DNA of 64,000 bases from Escherichia phage T4. Positions 43,936 through 55,460 of the stretch are shown here, in pieces. How positions within the stretch are numbered: position 1 is the first letter of the stretch; each line of letters opens with the position of its first letter. Where the stretch lies: the sequence record MZ375356.1, one strand, 5' to 3'. The translations under genes were made by a program, and so were the position numbers. Under the pieces are notes generated by a model. That model had not been told where the DNA came from, ran no database searches, and worked only from the letters and a program-made list of their open reading frames with translations.

Positions 43936-44853
43936 TCAAAATTCATTAATGCTATTAGTTAATTTAGAAAGACCCGCTTTTACAAAATATGAATAAATTT
44001 TGCCACGCGGTGGTAATTTATATGAATTATAGTAATTCACAATGTTTGAAGCAATATTATCAGGAATATAATCAAAATCAATTAGAACTAAATTTTCTTT
44101 ATAACGATTATATTCAGATTCAGTGAGAAGCACCTTAGCTTGCTCACGGTCATTAGCAATAGCTTCAACGATTGAAGTTTTCATTGAAGGAGTTCGTTCA
44201 CCTTCAACTCTGGTAAACCAAAAGTCAGATCGTACTTTAACTGAAGCAACGTTATCCTTTTTGTCGCCTTTAAGGATTTTAGTCATACAGTCAATTTCAG
44301 CAGAACCGCTTTTAATTTTAACCCATTTCTTATGCATCGGAGACCATTGCTTAACATTTGGATATTTGTGAAGCTGAGTAAAGTCACCATCTGACGAAAT
44401 GATTAAAATCTTATGTCCTTCTAAAGAGAACTTTTTAACAAGAACAGCAATGTGGTCATCTGCTTCATACTTATCAATATCCATAACAATGTATGGCATA
44501 TAAGCTTTCAATTCATCTATAACTTTATGGCTGGATTCAAAATAACCTTCCCAGTCCCAAGTAGATTCTTCTCGTGCTTTTCCACGGTTTTTCTTATAAT
44601 AATAAGCGAAATCACGACGCCAATATCCAGATTTCGCGTTATCAATACACAGTACAATTTTAGTGTATCCAAGCGTTTTTGCTTTTTTGACATTAAACTT
44701 AATTGAGTTCAATATCAAATGACGAACCATTGATAAATTAATTTTTTCTTTATCTGGGAAGTTTACCAAAGCAGTTGAAAGCGCAATTTGACTAAAGTCA
44801 ATTAAGCAGATTCCTTCTTTGTAATCTTCATCCAACATCATTTCTAAATCCAT
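43936..44853 (-). CDS. rnh: RNase H (5'-3' exonuclease / flap endonuclease)
   Basis: 305-aa protein from MDLEMMLDEDYKEG...; listed ORF extends 5 codons upstream. Confidence 0.9.
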   Translation of the reverse strand: MDLEMMLDEDYKEGICLIDFSQIALSTALVNFPDKEKINLSMVRHLILNSIKFNVKKAKTLGYTKIVLCIDNAKSGYWRRDFAYYYKKNRGKAREESTWDWEGYFESSHKVIDELKAYMPYIVMDIDKYEADDHIAVLVKKFSLEGHKILIISSDGDFTQLHKYPNVKQWSPMHKKWVKIKSGSAEIDCMTKILKGDKKDNVASVKVRSDFWFTRVEGERTPSMKTSIVEAIANDREQAKVLLTESEYNRYKENLVLIDFDYIPDNIASNIVNYYNSYKLPPRGKIYSYFVKAGLSKLTNSINEF

Positions 44854-44913
44854 ATGAACCTCGTTCAATTAGTGAGATTTCTATTATACCATCCAAATCT
44901 TAAAGTAAACAAG

Positions 44914-44921
44914 TATAAATA
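44914..44921 (+). promoter_or_regulatory. late promoter TATAAATA for gene 34
   Basis: exact TATAAATA 34 nt upstream of ATG 44956. Confidence 0.7.
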
Positions 44922-44955
44922 CTTATTATTGAAAACACAATAGGAGCCCGGGAGA

Positions 44956-47900
44956 ATGGCCGAGATTAAAAGAAAGTTCAGAGCAGAAGATGGTCTGGAC
45001 GCAGGTGGTGATAAAATAATCAACGTAGCTTTAGCTGATCGTACCGTAGGAACTGACGGTGTTAACGTTGATTACTTAATTCAAGAAAACACAGTTCAAC
45101 AGTATGATCCAACTCGTGGATATTTAAAAGATTTTGTAATCATTTATGATAACCGCTTTTGGGCTGCTATAAATGATATTCCAAAACCAGCAGGAGCTTT
45201 TAATAGCGGACGCTGGAGAGCATTACGTACCGATGCTAACTGGATTACGGTTTCATCTGGTTCATATCAATTAAAATCTGGTGAAGCAATTTCGGTTAAC
45301 ACCGCAGCTGGAAATGACATCACGTTTACTTTACCATCTTCTCCAATTGATGGTGATACTATCGTTCTCCAAGATATTGGAGGAAAACCTGGAGTTAACC
45401 AAGTTTTAATTGTAGCTCCAGTACAAAGTATTGTAAACTTTAGAGGTGAACAGGTACGTTCAGTACTAATGACTCATCCAAAGTCACAGCTAGTTTTAAT
45501 TTTTAGTAATCGTCTGTGGCAAATGTATGTTGCTGATTATAGTAGAGAAGCTATAGTTGTAACACCAGCGAATACTTATCAAGCGCAATCCAACGATTTT
45601 ATCGTACGTAGATTTACTTCTGCTGCACCAATTAATGTCAAACTTCCAAGATTTGCTAATCATGGCGATATTATTAATTTCGTCGATTTAGATAAACTAA
45701 ATCCGCTTTATCATACAATTGTTACTACATACGATGAAACGACTTCAGTACAAGAAGTTGGAACTCATTCCATTGAAGGCCGTACATCGATTGACGGTTT
45801 CTTGATGTTTGATGATAATGAGAAATTATGGAGACTGTTTGACGGGGATAGTAAAGCGCGTTTACGTATCATAACGACTAATTCAAACATTCGTCCAAAT
45901 GAAGAAGTTATGGTATTTGGTGCGAATAACGGAACAACTCAAACAATTGAGCTTAAGCTTCCAACTAATATTTCTGTTGGTGATACTGTTAAAATTTCCA
46001 TGAATTACATGAGAAAAGGACAAACAGTTAAAATCAAAGCTGCTGATGAAGATAAAATTGCTTCTTCAGTTCAATTGCTGCAATTCCCAAAACGCTCAGA
46101 ATATCCACCTGAAGCTGAATGGGTTACAGTTCAAGAATTAGTTTTTAACGGTGAAACTAATTATGTTCCAGTTTTGGAGCTTGCTTACATAGAAGATTCT
46201 GATGGAAAATATTGGGTTGTACAGCAAAACGTTCCAACTGTAGAAAGAGTAGATTCTTTAAATGATTCTACTAGAGCAAGATTAGGCGTAATTGCTTTAG
46301 CTACACAAGCTCAAGCTAATGTCGATTTAGAAAATTCTCCACAAAAAGAATTAGCAATTACTCCAGAAACGTTAGCTAATCGTACTGCTACAGAAACTCG
46401 CAGAGGTATTGCAAGAATAGCAACTACTGCTCAAGTGAATCAGAACACCACATTCTCTTTTGCTGATGATATTATCATCACTCCTAAAAAGCTGAATGAA
46501 AGAACTGCTACAGAAACTCGTAGAGGTGTCGCAGAAATTGCTACGCAGCAAGAAACTAATGCAGGAACCGATGATACTACAATCATCACTCCTAAAAAGC
46601 TTCAAGCTCGTCAAGGTTCTGAATCATTATCTGGTATTGTAACCTTTGTATCTACTGCAGGTGCTACTCCAGCTTCTAGCCGTGAATTAAATGGTACGAA
46701 TGTTTATAATAAAAACACTGATAATTTAGTTGTTTCACCTAAAGCTTTGGATCAGTATAAAGCTACTCCAACACAGCAAGGTGCAGTAATTTTAGCAGTT
46801 GAAAGTGAAGTAATTGCTGGACAAAGTCAGCAAGGATGGGCAAATGCTGTTGTAACGCCAGAAACGTTACATAAAAAGACATCAACTGATGGAAGAATTG
46901 GTTTAATTGAAATTGCTACGCAAAGTGAAGTTAATACAGGAACTGATTATACTCGTGCAGTCACTCCTAAAACTTTAAATGACCGTAGAGCAACTGAAAG
47001 TTTAAGTGGTATAGCTGAAATTGCTACACAAGTTGAATTCGACGCAGGCGTCGACGATACTCGTATCTCTACACCATTAAAAATTAAAACCAGATTTAAT
47101 AGTACTGATCGTACTTCTGTTGTTGCTCTATCTGGATTAGTTGAATCAGGAACTCTCTGGGACCATTATACACTTAATATTCTTGAAGCAAATGAGACAC
47201 AACGTGGTACACTTCGTGTAGCTACGCAGGTCGAAGCTGCTGCGGGAACATTAGATAATGTTTTAATAACTCCTAAAAAGCTTTTAGGTACTAAATCTAC
47301 TGAAGCGCAAGAGGGTGTTATTAAAGTTGCAACTCAGTCTGAAACTGTGACTGGAACGTCAGCAAATACTGCTGTATCTCCAAAAAATTTAAAATGGATT
47401 GCGCAGAGTGAACCTACTTGGGCAGCTACTACTGCAATAAGAGGTTTTGTTAAAACTTCATCTGGTTCAATTACATTCGTTGGTAATGATACAGTCGGTT
47501 CTACCCAAGATTTAGAACTGTATGAGAAAAATAGCTATGCGGTATCACCATATGAATTAAACCGTGTATTAGCAAATTATTTGCCACTAAAAGCAAAAGC
47601 TGCTGATACAAATTTATTGGATGGTCTAGATTCATCTCAGTTCATTCGTAGGGATATTGCACAGACGGTTAATGGTTCACTAACCTTAACCCAACAAACG
47701 AATCTGAGTGCCCCTCTTGTATCATCTAGTACTGGTGAATTTGGTGGTTCATTGGCCGCTAATAGAACATTTACCATCCGTAATACAGGAGCCCCGACTA
47801 GTATCGTTTTCGAAAAAGGTCCTGCATCCGGGGCAAATCCTGCACAGTCAATGAGTATTCGTGTATGGGGTAACCAATTTGGCGGCGGTAGTGATACGAC

Positions 47901-48822
47901 CCGTTCGACAGTGTTTGAAGTTGGCGATGACACATCTCATCACTTTTATTCTCAACGTAATAAAGACGGTATAGCGTTTAACATTAATGGTACTGTAATG
48001 CCAATAAACATTAATGCTTCCGGTTTGATGAATGTGAATGGCACTGCAACATTCGGTCGTTCAGTTACAGCCAATGGTGAATTCATCAGCAAGTCTGCAA
48101 ATGCTTTTAGAGCAATAAACGGTGATTACGGATTCTTTATTCGTAATGATGCCTCTAATACCTATTTTTTGCTCACTGCAGCCGGTGATCAGACTGGTGG
48201 TTTTAATGGATTACGCCCATTATTAATTAATAATCAATCCGGTCAGATTACAATTGGTGAAGGCTTAATCATTGCCAAAGGTGTTACTATAAATTCAGGC
48301 GGTTTAACTGTTAACTCGAGAATTCGTTCTCAGGGTACTAAAACATCTGATTTATATACCCGTGCGCCAACATCTGATACTGTAGGATTCTGGTCAATCG
48401 ATATTAATGATTCAGCCACTTATAACCAGTTCCCGGGTTATTTTAAAATGGTTGAAAAAACTAATGAAGTGACTGGGCTTCTATACTTAGAACGTGGCGA
48501 AGAAGTTAAATCTCCTGGTACACTGACTCAGTTTGGTAACACACTTGATTCGCTTTACCAAGATTGGATTACTTATCCAACGACGCCAGAAGCGCGTACC
48601 ACTCGCTGGACACGTACATGGCAGAAAACCAAAAACTCTTGGTCAAGTTTTGTTCAGGTATTTGACGGAGGTAACCCTCCTCAACCATCTGATATCGGTG
48701 CTTTACCATCTGATAATGCTACAATGGGGAATCTTACTATTCGTGATTTCTTGCGAATTGGTAATGTTCGCATTGTTCCTGACCCAGTGAATAAAACGGT
48801 TAAATTTGAATGGGTTGAATAA
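44956..48822 (+). CDS. 34: long tail fibre proximal subunit gp34
   Basis: 1288-aa ORF with internal tandem ~30-aa repeats (RRGIARIATTAQVNQ, RRGVAEIATQQETNAG, RGTLRVATQVEAAAG). Confidence 0.95.
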   Translation: MAEIKRKFRAEDGLDAGGDKIINVALADRTVGTDGVNVDYLIQENTVQQYDPTRGYLKDFVIIYDNRFWAAINDIPKPAGAFNSGRWRALRTDANWITVSSGSYQLKSGEAISVNTAAGNDITFTLPSSPIDGDTIVLQDIGGKPGVNQVLIVAPVQSIVNFRGEQVRSVLMTHPKSQLVLIFSNRLWQMYVADYSREAIVVTPANTYQAQSNDFIVRRFTSAAPINVKLPRFANHGDIINFVDLDKLNPLYHTIVTTYDETTSVQEVGTHSIEGRTSIDGFLMFDDNEKLWRLFDGDSKARLRIITTNSNIRPNEEVMVFGANNGTTQTIELKLPTNISVGDTVKISMNYMRKGQTVKIKAADEDKIASSVQLLQFPKRSEYPPEAEWVTVQELVFNGETNYVPVLELAYIEDSDGKYWVVQQNVPTVERVDSLNDSTRARLGVIALATQAQANVDLENSPQKELAITPETLANRTATETRRGIARIATTAQVNQNTTFSFADDIIITPKKLNERTATETRRGVAEIATQQETNAGTDDTTIITPKKLQARQGSESLSGIVTFVSTAGATPASSRELNGTNVYNKNTDNLVVSPKALDQYKATPTQQGAVILAVESEVIAGQSQQGWANAVVTPETLHKKTSTDGRIGLIEIATQSEVNTGTDYTRAVTPKTLNDRRATESLSGIAEIATQVEFDAGVDDTRISTPLKIKTRFNSTDRTSVVALSGLVESGTLWDHYTLNILEANETQRGTLRVATQVEAAAGTLDNVLITPKKLLGTKSTEAQEGVIKVATQSETVTGTSANTAVSPKNLKWIAQSEPTWAATTAIRGFVKTSSGSITFVGNDTVGSTQDLELYEKNSYAVSPYELNRVLANYLPLKAKAADTNLLDGLDSSQFIRRDIAQTVNGSLTLTQQTNLSAPLVSSSTGEFGGSLAANRTFTIRNTGAPTSIVFEKGPASGANPAQSMSIRVWGNQFGGGSDTTRSTVFEVGDDTSHHFYSQRNKDGIAFNINGTVMPININASGLMNVNGTATFGRSVTANGEFISKSANAFRAINGDYGFFIRNDASNTYFLLTAAGDQTGGFNGLRPLLINNQSGQITIGEGLIIAKGVTINSGGLTVNSRIRSQGTKTSDLYTRAPTSDTVGFWSIDINDSATYNQFPGYFKMVEKTNEVTGLLYLERGEEVKSPGTLTQFGNTLDSLYQDWITYPTTPEARTTRWTRTWQKTKNSWSSFVQVFDGGNPPQPSDIGALPSDNATMGNLTIRDFLRIGNVRIVPDPVNKTVKFEWVE

Positions 48823-48830
48823 GAGGTATT

Positions 48831-49949
48831 ATGGAAAAATTTATGGCAGAGTTTGGACAAGGATATGTCCAAACGCCATTTTTATCGGAAAGTAATTCAG
48901 TAAGATATAAAATAAGTATAGCGGGTTCTTGCCCGCTTTCTACAGCAGGACCATCATATGTTAAATTTCAGGATAATCCTGTAGGAAGTCAAACATTTAG
49001 CGCAGGCCTTCATTTAAGAGTTTTTGACCCTTCCACCGGAGCATTAGTTGATAGTAAGTCATATGCTTTTTCGACTTCAAATGATACTACATCAGCTGCT
49101 TTTGTTAGTTTCATGAATTCTTTGACGAATAATCGAATTGTTGCTATATTAACTAGTGGAAAGGTTAATTTTCCTCCTGAAGTAGTATCTTGGTTAAGAA
49201 CCGCCGGAACGTCTGCCTTTCCATCTGATTCTATATTGTCAAGATTTGACGTATCATATGCTGCTTTTTATACTTCTTCTAAAAGAGCTATCGCATTAGA
49301 GCATGTTAAACTGAGTAATAGAAAAAGCACAGATGATTATCAAACTATTTTAGATGTTGTATTTGACAGTTTAGAAGATGTAGGAGCTACCGGGTTTCCA
49401 AGAAGAACGTATGAAAGTGTTGAGCAATTCATGTCGGCAGTTGGTGGAACTAATAACGAAATTGCGAGATTGCCAACTTCAGCTGCTATAAGTAAATTAT
49501 CTGATTATAATTTAATTCCTGGAGTTGTTCTTTATCTTAAAGCTCAGTTATATGCTGATGCTGATTTACTTGCTCTTGGAACTACAAATATATCTATCCG
49601 TTTTTATAATGCATCTAACGGATATATTTCTTCAACACAAGCTGAATTTACTGGGCAAGCTGGGTCATGGGAATTAAAGGAAGATTATGTAGTTGTTCCA
49701 GAAAACGCAGTAGGATTTACGATATACGCACAGAGAACTGCACAAGCTGGCCAAGGTGGCATGAGAAATTTAAGCTTTTCTGAAGTATCAAGAAATGGCG
49801 GCATTTCGAAACCTGCTGAATTTGGCGTCAATGGTATTCGTGTTAATTATATCTGCGAATCCGCTTCACCTCCGGATATAATGGTACTTCCTACGCAAGC
49901 ATCGTCTAAAACTGGTAAAGTGTTTGGGCAAGAATTTAGAGAAGTTTAA
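48831..49949 (+). CDS. 35: long tail fibre hinge protein gp35
   Basis: 372-aa ORF. Confidence 0.9.
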   Translation: MEKFMAEFGQGYVQTPFLSESNSVRYKISIAGSCPLSTAGPSYVKFQDNPVGSQTFSAGLHLRVFDPSTGALVDSKSYAFSTSNDTTSAAFVSFMNSLTNNRIVAILTSGKVNFPPEVVSWLRTAGTSAFPSDSILSRFDVSYAAFYTSSKRAIALEHVKLSNRKSTDDYQTILDVVFDSLEDVGATGFPRRTYESVEQFMSAVGGTNNEIARLPTSAAISKLSDYNLIPGVVLYLKAQLYADADLLALGTTNISIRFYNASNGYISSTQAEFTGQAGSWELKEDYVVVPENAVGFTIYAQRTAQAGQGGMRNLSFSEVSRNGGISKPAEFGVNGIRVNYICESASPPDIMVLPTQASSKTGKVFGQEFREV

Positions 49950-49954
49950 ATTGA

Positions 49955-49980
49955 GGGAGCCTTCGGGTTCCCTTTTTCTT
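49955..49980 (+). terminator. hairpin terminator after gene 35
   Basis: GGGAGCC-TTCG-GGTTCCC followed by TTTTT. Confidence 0.7.
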
Positions 49981-49988
49981 TATAAATA
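49981..49988 (+). promoter_or_regulatory. late promoter TATAAATA for gene 36
   Basis: exact TATAAATA 23 nt upstream of ATG 50012. Confidence 0.7.
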
Positions 49989-50011
49989 CTATTAAAATAA
50001 AGGGGCATACA

Positions 50012-50677
50012 ATGGCTGATTTAAAAGTAGGTTCAACAACTGGAGGCTCTGTCATTTGGCATCAAGGAAATTTTCCATTGAATCCAGCCGGTGACGATGT
50101 ACTCTATAAATCATTTAAAATATATTCAGAATATAACAAACCACAAGCTGCTGATAACGATTTCGTTTCTAAAGCTAATGGTGGTACTTATGCATCAAAG
50201 GTAACATTTAACGCTGGCATTCAAGTCCCATATGCTCCAAACATCATGAGCCCATGCGGGATTTATGGGGGTAACGGTGATGGTGCTACTTTTGATAAAG
50301 CAAATATCGATATTGTTTCATGGTATGGCGTAGGATTTAAATCGTCATTTGGTTCAACAGGCCGAACTGTTGTAATTAATACACGCAATGGTGATATTAA
50401 CACAAAAGGTGTTGTGTCGGCAGCTGGTCAAGTAAGAAGTGGTGCGGCTGCTCCTATAGCAGCGAATGACCTTACTAGAAAGGACTATGTTGATGGAGCA
50501 ATAAATACTGTTACTGCAAATGCAAACTCTAGGGTGCTACGGTCTGGTGACACCATGACAGGTAATTTAACAGCGCTAAACTTTTTCTCGCAGAATCCTG
50601 CATCTCAACCCTCACACGTTCCACGATTTGACCAAATCGTAATTAAGGATTCTGTTCAAGATTTCGGCTATTATTAA
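50012..50677 (+). CDS. 36: long tail fibre distal connector gp36
   Basis: 221-aa ORF. Confidence 0.9.
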   Translation: MADLKVGSTTGGSVIWHQGNFPLNPAGDDVLYKSFKIYSEYNKPQAADNDFVSKANGGTYASKVTFNAGIQVPYAPNIMSPCGIYGGNGDGATFDKANIDIVSWYGVGFKSSFGSTGRTVVINTRNGDINTKGVVSAAGQVRSGAAAPIAANDLTRKDYVDGAINTVTANANSRVLRSGDTMTGNLTALNFFSQNPASQPSHVPRFDQIVIKDSVQDFGYY

Positions 50678-50685
50678 GAGGACTT

Positions 50686-53600
50686 ATGGCTACTTTAAAA
50701 CAAATACAATTTAAAAGAAGCAAAATCGCAGGAACACGTCCTGCTGCTTCAGTATTAGCCGAAGGTGAATTGGCTATAAACTTAAAAGATAGAACAATTT
50801 TTACTAAAGATGATTCAGGAAATATCATCGATCTAGGTTTTGCTAAAGGCGGGCAAGTTGATGGCAACGTTACTATTAACGGACTTTTGAGATTAAATGG
50901 CGATTATGTACAAACAGGTGGAATGACTGTAAACGGACCCATTGGTTCTACTGATGGCGTCACTGCAAAAATTTTCAGATCTACACAGGGTTCATTTTAT
51001 GCAAGAGCAACAAACGATACTTCAAATGCCCATTTATGGTTTGAAAATGCCGATGGCACTGAACGTGGCGTTATATATGCTCGCCCTCAAACTACAACTG
51101 ACGGTGAAATACGCCTTAGGGTTAGACAAGGAACAGGAAGCACTGCCAACAGTGAATTCTATTTCCGCTCTATAAATGGAGGCGAATTTCAGGCTAACCG
51201 TATTTTAGCATCAGATTCGTTAGTAACAAAACGCATTGCGGTTGATACCGTTATTCATGATGCCAAAGCATTTGGACAATATGATTCTCACTCTTTGGTT
51301 AATTATGTTTATCCTGGAACCGGTGAAACAAATGGTGTAAACTATCTTCGTAAAGTTCGCGCTAAGTCCGGTGGTACAATTTATCATGAAATTGTTACTG
51401 CACAAACAGGCCTGGCTGATGAAGTTTCTTGGTGGTCTGGTGATACACCAGTATTTAAACTATACGGTATTCGTGACGATGGCAGAATGATTATCCGTAA
51501 TAGCCTTGCATTAGGTACATTCACTACAAATTTCCCGTCTAGTGATTATGGCAACGTCGGTGTAATGGGCGATAAGTATCTTGTTCTCGGCGACACTGTA
51601 ACTGGCTTGTCATACAAAAAAACTGGTGTATTTGATCTAGTTGGCGGTGGATATTCTGTTGCTTCTATTACTCCTGACAGTTTCCGTAGTACTCGTAAAG
51701 GTATATTTGGTCGTTCTGAGGACCAAGGCGCAACTTGGATAATGCCTGGTACAAATGCTGCTCTCTTGTCTGTTCAAACACAAGCTGATAATAACAATGC
51801 TGGAGACGGACAAACCCATATCGGGTACAATGCTGGCGGTAAAATGAACCACTATTTCCGTGGTACAGGTCAGATGAATATCAATACCCAACAAGGTATG
51901 GAAATTAACCCGGGTATTTTGAAATTGGTAACTGGCTCTAATAATGTACAATTTTACGCTGACGGAACTATTTCTTCCATTCAACCTATTAAATTAGATA
52001 ACGAGATATTTTTAACTAAATCTAATAATACTGCGGGTCTTAAATTTGGAGCTCCTAGCCAAGTTGATGGCACAAGGACTATCCAATGGAACGGTGGTAC
52101 TCGCGAAGGACAGAATAAAAACTATGTGATTATTAAAGCATGGGGTAACTCATTTAATGCCACTGGTGATAGATCTCGCGAAACGGTTTTCCAAGTATCA
52201 GATAGTCAAGGATATTATTTTTATGCTCATCGTAAAGCTCCAACCGGCGACGAAACTATTGGACGTATTGAAGCTCAATTTGCTGGGGATGTTTATGCTA
52301 AAGGTATTATTGCCAACGGAAATTTTAGAGTTGTTGGATCAAGCGCTTTAGCCGGCAATGTTACTATGTCTAACGGTTTGTTTGTCCAAGGTGGTTCTTC
52401 TATTACTGGACAAGTTAAAATTGGCGGAACAGCAAACGCACTGAGAATTTGGAACGCTGAATATGGTGCTATTTTCCGTCGTTCGGAAAGTAACTTTTAT
52501 ATTATTCCAACCAATCAAAATGAAGGAGAAAGTGGAGACATTCACAGCTCTTTGAGACCTGTGAGAATAGGATTAAACGATGGCATGGTTGGGTTAGGAA
52601 GAGATTCTTTTATAGTAGATCAAAATAATGCTTTAACTACGATAAACAGTAACTCTCGCATTAATGCCAACTTTAGAATGCAATTGGGGCAGTCGGCATA
52701 CATTGATGCAGAATGTACTGATGCTGTTCGCCCGGCGGGTGCAGGTTCATTTGCTTCCCAGAATAATGAAGACGTCCGTGCGCCGTTCTATATGAATATT
52801 GATAGAACTGATGCTAGTGCATATGTTCCTATTTTGAAACAACGTTATGTTCAAGGCAATGGCTGCTATTCATTAGGGACTTTAATTAATAATGGTAATT
52901 TCCGAGTTCATTACCATGGCGGCGGAGATAACGGTTCTACAGGTCCACAGACTGCTGATTTTGGATGGGAATTTATTAAAAACGGTGATTTTATTTCACC
53001 TCGCGATTTAATAGCAGGCAAAGTCAGATTTGATAGAACTGGTAATATCACTGGTGGTTCTGGTAATTTTGCTAACTTAAACAGTACAATTGAATCACTT
53101 AAAACTGATATCATGTCGAGTTACCCAATTGGTGCTCCGATTCCTTGGCCGAGTGATTCAGTTCCTGCTGGATTTGCTTTGATGGAAGGTCAGACCTTTG
53201 ATAAGTCCGCATATCCAAAGTTAGCTGTTGCATATCCTAGCGGTGTTATTCCAGATATGCGCGGGCAAACTATCAAGGGTAAACCAAGTGGTCGTGCTGT
53301 TTTGAGCGCTGAGGCAGATGGTGTTAAGGCTCATAGCCATAGTGCATCGGCTTCAAGTACTGACTTAGGTACTAAAACCACATCAAGCTTTGACTATGGT
53401 ACGAAGGGAACTAACAGTACGGGTGGACACACTCACTCTGGTAGTGGTTCTACTAGCACAAATGGTGAGCACAGCCACTACATCGAGGCATGGAGTGGTA
53501 CTGGTGTAGGTGGTAATAAGATGTCATCATATGCCGTATCACACAGGGCGGGTGGGAGTAACACTAATGCAGCAGGGAACCACAGTCACACTTTCTCTTT

Positions 53601-53766
53601 TGGGACTAGCAGTGCTGGCGACCATTCCCACTCTGTAGGTATTGGTGCTCATACCCACACGGTAGCAATTGGATCACATGGTCATACTATCACTGTAAAT
53701 AGTACAGGTAATACAGAAAACACGGTTAAAAACATTGCTTTTAACTATATCGTTCGTTTAGCATAA
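50686..53766 (+). CDS. 37: long tail fibre distal subunit gp37 (receptor binding)
   Basis: 1026-aa ORF with C-terminal His-x-His repeats ([33 protein letters not shown]). Confidence 0.95.
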   Translation: MATLKQIQFKRSKIAGTRPAASVLAEGELAINLKDRTIFTKDDSGNIIDLGFAKGGQVDGNVTINGLLRLNGDYVQTGGMTVNGPIGSTDGVTAKIFRSTQGSFYARATNDTSNAHLWFENADGTERGVIYARPQTTTDGEIRLRVRQGTGSTANSEFYFRSINGGEFQANRILASDSLVTKRIAVDTVIHDAKAFGQYDSHSLVNYVYPGTGETNGVNYLRKVRAKSGGTIYHEIVTAQTGLADEVSWWSGDTPVFKLYGIRDDGRMIIRNSLALGTFTTNFPSSDYGNVGVMGDKYLVLGDTVTGLSYKKTGVFDLVGGGYSVASITPDSFRSTRKGIFGRSEDQGATWIMPGTNAALLSVQTQADNNNAGDGQTHIGYNAGGKMNHYFRGTGQMNINTQQGMEINPGILKLVTGSNNVQFYADGTISSIQPIKLDNEIFLTKSNNTAGLKFGAPSQVDGTRTIQWNGGTREGQNKNYVIIKAWGNSFNATGDRSRETVFQVSDSQGYYFYAHRKAPTGDETIGRIEAQFAGDVYAKGIIANGNFRVVGSSALAGNVTMSNGLFVQGGSSITGQVKIGGTANALRIWNAEYGAIFRRSESNFYIIPTNQNEGESGDIHSSLRPVRIGLNDGMVGLGRDSFIVDQNNALTTINSNSRINANFRMQLGQSAYIDAECTDAVRPAGAGSFASQNNEDVRAPFYMNIDRTDASAYVPILKQRYVQGNGCYSLGTLINNGNFRVHYHGGGDNGSTGPQTADFGWEFIKNGDFISPRDLIAGKVRFDRTGNITGGSGNFANLNSTIESLKTDIMSSYPIGAPIPWPSDSVPAGFALMEGQTFDKSAYPKLAVAYPSGVIPDMRGQTIKGKPSGRAVLSAEADGVKAHSHSASASSTDLGTKTTSSFDYGTKGTNSTGGHTHSGSGSTSTNGEHSHYIEAWSGTGVGGNKMSSYAVSHRAGGSNTNAAGNHSHTFSFGTSSAGDHSHSVGIGAHTHTVAIGSHGHTITVNSTGNTENTVKNIAFNYIVRLA

Positions 53767-53793
53767 GGAGAGGGGCTTCGGCCCCTTCTAAAT

Positions 53794-54345
53794 ATGAAAA
53801 TATATCATTATTATTTTGACACTAAAGAATTTTACAAAGAAGAAAATTACAAACCGGTTAAAGGCCTCGGTCTTCCTGCTCATTCAACAATTAAAAAACC
53901 TTTAGAACCTAAAGAAGGATACGCGGTTGTATTTGATGAACGTACTCAGGATTGGATTTATGAAGAAGACCATCGCGGAAAACGCGCATGGACTTTTAAT
54001 AAAGAAGAAATTTTTATAAGTGACATTGGAAGCCCGGTTGGTATAACTTTCGATGAGCCCGGCGAATTTGATATATGGACTGATGACGGTTGGAAAGAAG
54101 ACGAAACATATAAGCGAGTTTTAATTCGTAATAGAAAAATTGAAGAATTATATAAAGAGTTCCAAGTTTTAAATAATATGATTGAAGCTTCTGTCGCCAA
54201 TAAAAAGGAAAAATTCTATTATAAAAACCTTAAGCGGTTCTTTGCTCTTTTAGAAAAGCATGAGCATTTAGGTGGTGAATTCCCTTCATGGCCTGAAAAA
54301 GAACAGAAGCCTTGGTATAAGCGTTTATTCAAGCATTACGTATAA
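53794..54345 (+). CDS. 38: tail fibre assembly chaperone gp38
   Basis: 183-aa ORF. Confidence 0.9.
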   Translation: MKIYHYYFDTKEFYKEENYKPVKGLGLPAHSTIKKPLEPKEGYAVVFDERTQDWIYEEDHRGKRAWTFNKEEIFISDIGSPVGITFDEPGEFDIWTDDGWKEDETYKRVLIRNRKIEELYKEFQVLNNMIEASVANKKEKFYYKNLKRFFALLEKHEHLGGEFPSWPEKEQKPWYKRLFKHYV

Positions 54346-54348
54346 ATA
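54341..54348 (+). promoter_or_regulatory. late promoter TATAAATA for holin gene t
   Basis: exact TATAAATA 17 nt upstream of ATG 54366, overlapping the gene 38 stop. Confidence 0.65.
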
Positions 54349-54365
54349 TCTTAAAAGGAGGGTCT

Positions 54366-55022
54366 ATGGCAGCACCTAGAATATCATTTTCGCCCTCTGA
54401 TATTCTATTTGGTGTTCTAGATCGCTTGTTCAAAGATAACGCTACCGGGAAGGTTCTTGCTTCCCGGGTAGCTGTCGTAATTCTTTTGTTTATAATGGCG
54501 ATTGTTTGGTATAGGGGAGATAGTTTCTTTGAGTACTATAAGCAATCAAAGTATGAAACATACAGTGAAATTATTGAAAAGGAAAGAACTGCACGCTTTG
54601 AATCTGTCGCCCTGGAACAACTCCAGATAGTTCATATATCATCTGAGGCAGACTTTAGTGCGGTGTATTCTTTCCGCCCTAAAAACTTAAACTATTTTGT
54701 TGATATTATAGCATACGAAGGAAAATTACCTTCAACAATAAGTGAAAAATCACTTGGAGGATATCCTGTTGATAAAACTATGGATGAATATACAGTTCAT
54801 TTAAATGGACGTCATTATTATTCCAACTCAAAATTTGCTTTTTTACCAACTAAAAAGCCTACTCCCGAAATAAACTACATGTACAGTTGTCCATATTTTA
54901 ATTTGGATAATATCTATGCTGGAACGATAACCATGTACTGGTATAGAAATGATCATATAAGTAATGACCGCCTTGAATCAATATGTGCTCAGGCGGCCAG
55001 AATATTAGGAAGGGCTAAATAA
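54366..55022 (+). CDS. t: holin T
   Basis: 218-aa ORF with one N-proximal transmembrane segment (VAVVILLFIMAIVWY). Confidence 0.9.
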   Translation: MAAPRISFSPSDILFGVLDRLFKDNATGKVLASRVAVVILLFIMAIVWYRGDSFFEYYKQSKYETYSEIIEKERTARFESVALEQLQIVHISSEADFSAVYSFRPKNLNYFVDIIAYEGKLPSTISEKSLGGYPVDKTMDEYTVHLNGRHYYSNSKFAFLPTKKPTPEINYMYSCPYFNLDNIYAGTITMYWYRNDHISNDRLESICAQAARILGRAK

Positions 55023-55295
55023 TTATTTGTTCGTATACATCTCTAGATATCGATATACACCCTCAAAACCCTCGTTGAATTCGTCGATGAGGGTTTTCTT
55101 ATCTTCTTGAGTTAATTCAGAAACAATTTTACGGAATGAATTTTGATTTAACTTTCTACCTTCATGCGTTACTCCAATCTCATTTAGAAATGCAATAAAA
55201 TTAGCACGATTCTCAACAATATCTTCTCTGGAAAATTTAATCAAAATAGATGCAACAGTAATAATTTCACGAACTGTATCAATGTTTTTATTCAT
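55023..55295 (-). CDS. asiA: anti-sigma70 factor AsiA
   Basis: 90-aa ORF MNKNIDTVREIITVASILIKF... Confidence 0.9.
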   Translation of the reverse strand: MNKNIDTVREIITVASILIKFSREDIVENRANFIAFLNEIGVTHEGRKLNQNSFRKIVSELTQEDKKTLIDEFNEGFEGVYRYLEMYTNK

Positions 55296-55307
55296 TAACT
55301 ATACCAC

Positions 55308-55460
55308 TCAATTAGTTGACTTTGTTATAATATCATCAGACGCTTGATTTGTAAACTGGTCTGTGTAATTTTCTTCAAAAATTTTTTCTACGAATTCCTT
55401 GAACGATTCACGTTCCTGAGCTACATTATGCTCGATTACCTTTTCAAGATTATGACTCAT
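55308..55460 (-). CDS. asiA.1: small protein asiA.1 (50 aa)
   Basis: ATG overlapping arn stop; below ORF-track threshold. Confidence 0.4.
   Translation of the reverse strand: MSHNLEKVIEHNVAQERESFKEFVEKIFEENYTDQFTNQASDDIITKSTN

Noticed and set aside
46372-48872. ORFs 46372..46614, 47637..47933, 48533..48790, 48681..48872
   Set aside because: Embedded in genes 34 and 35; alternate frames or antisense.
50643-53114. ORFs inside gene 36/37 (50643..50867, 50942..51175, 51220..51405, 51637..51984, 52157..52351, 52348..52545, 52911..53114)
   Set aside because: Embedded in the continuous gp37 reading frame region; no independent support.
53770-53785. Hairpin AGGGGC-TTCG-GCCCCT after gene 37 as a terminator
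   Set aside because: No downstream T-run and gene 38 starts 9 nt later; more likely an RNA structure within the operon.
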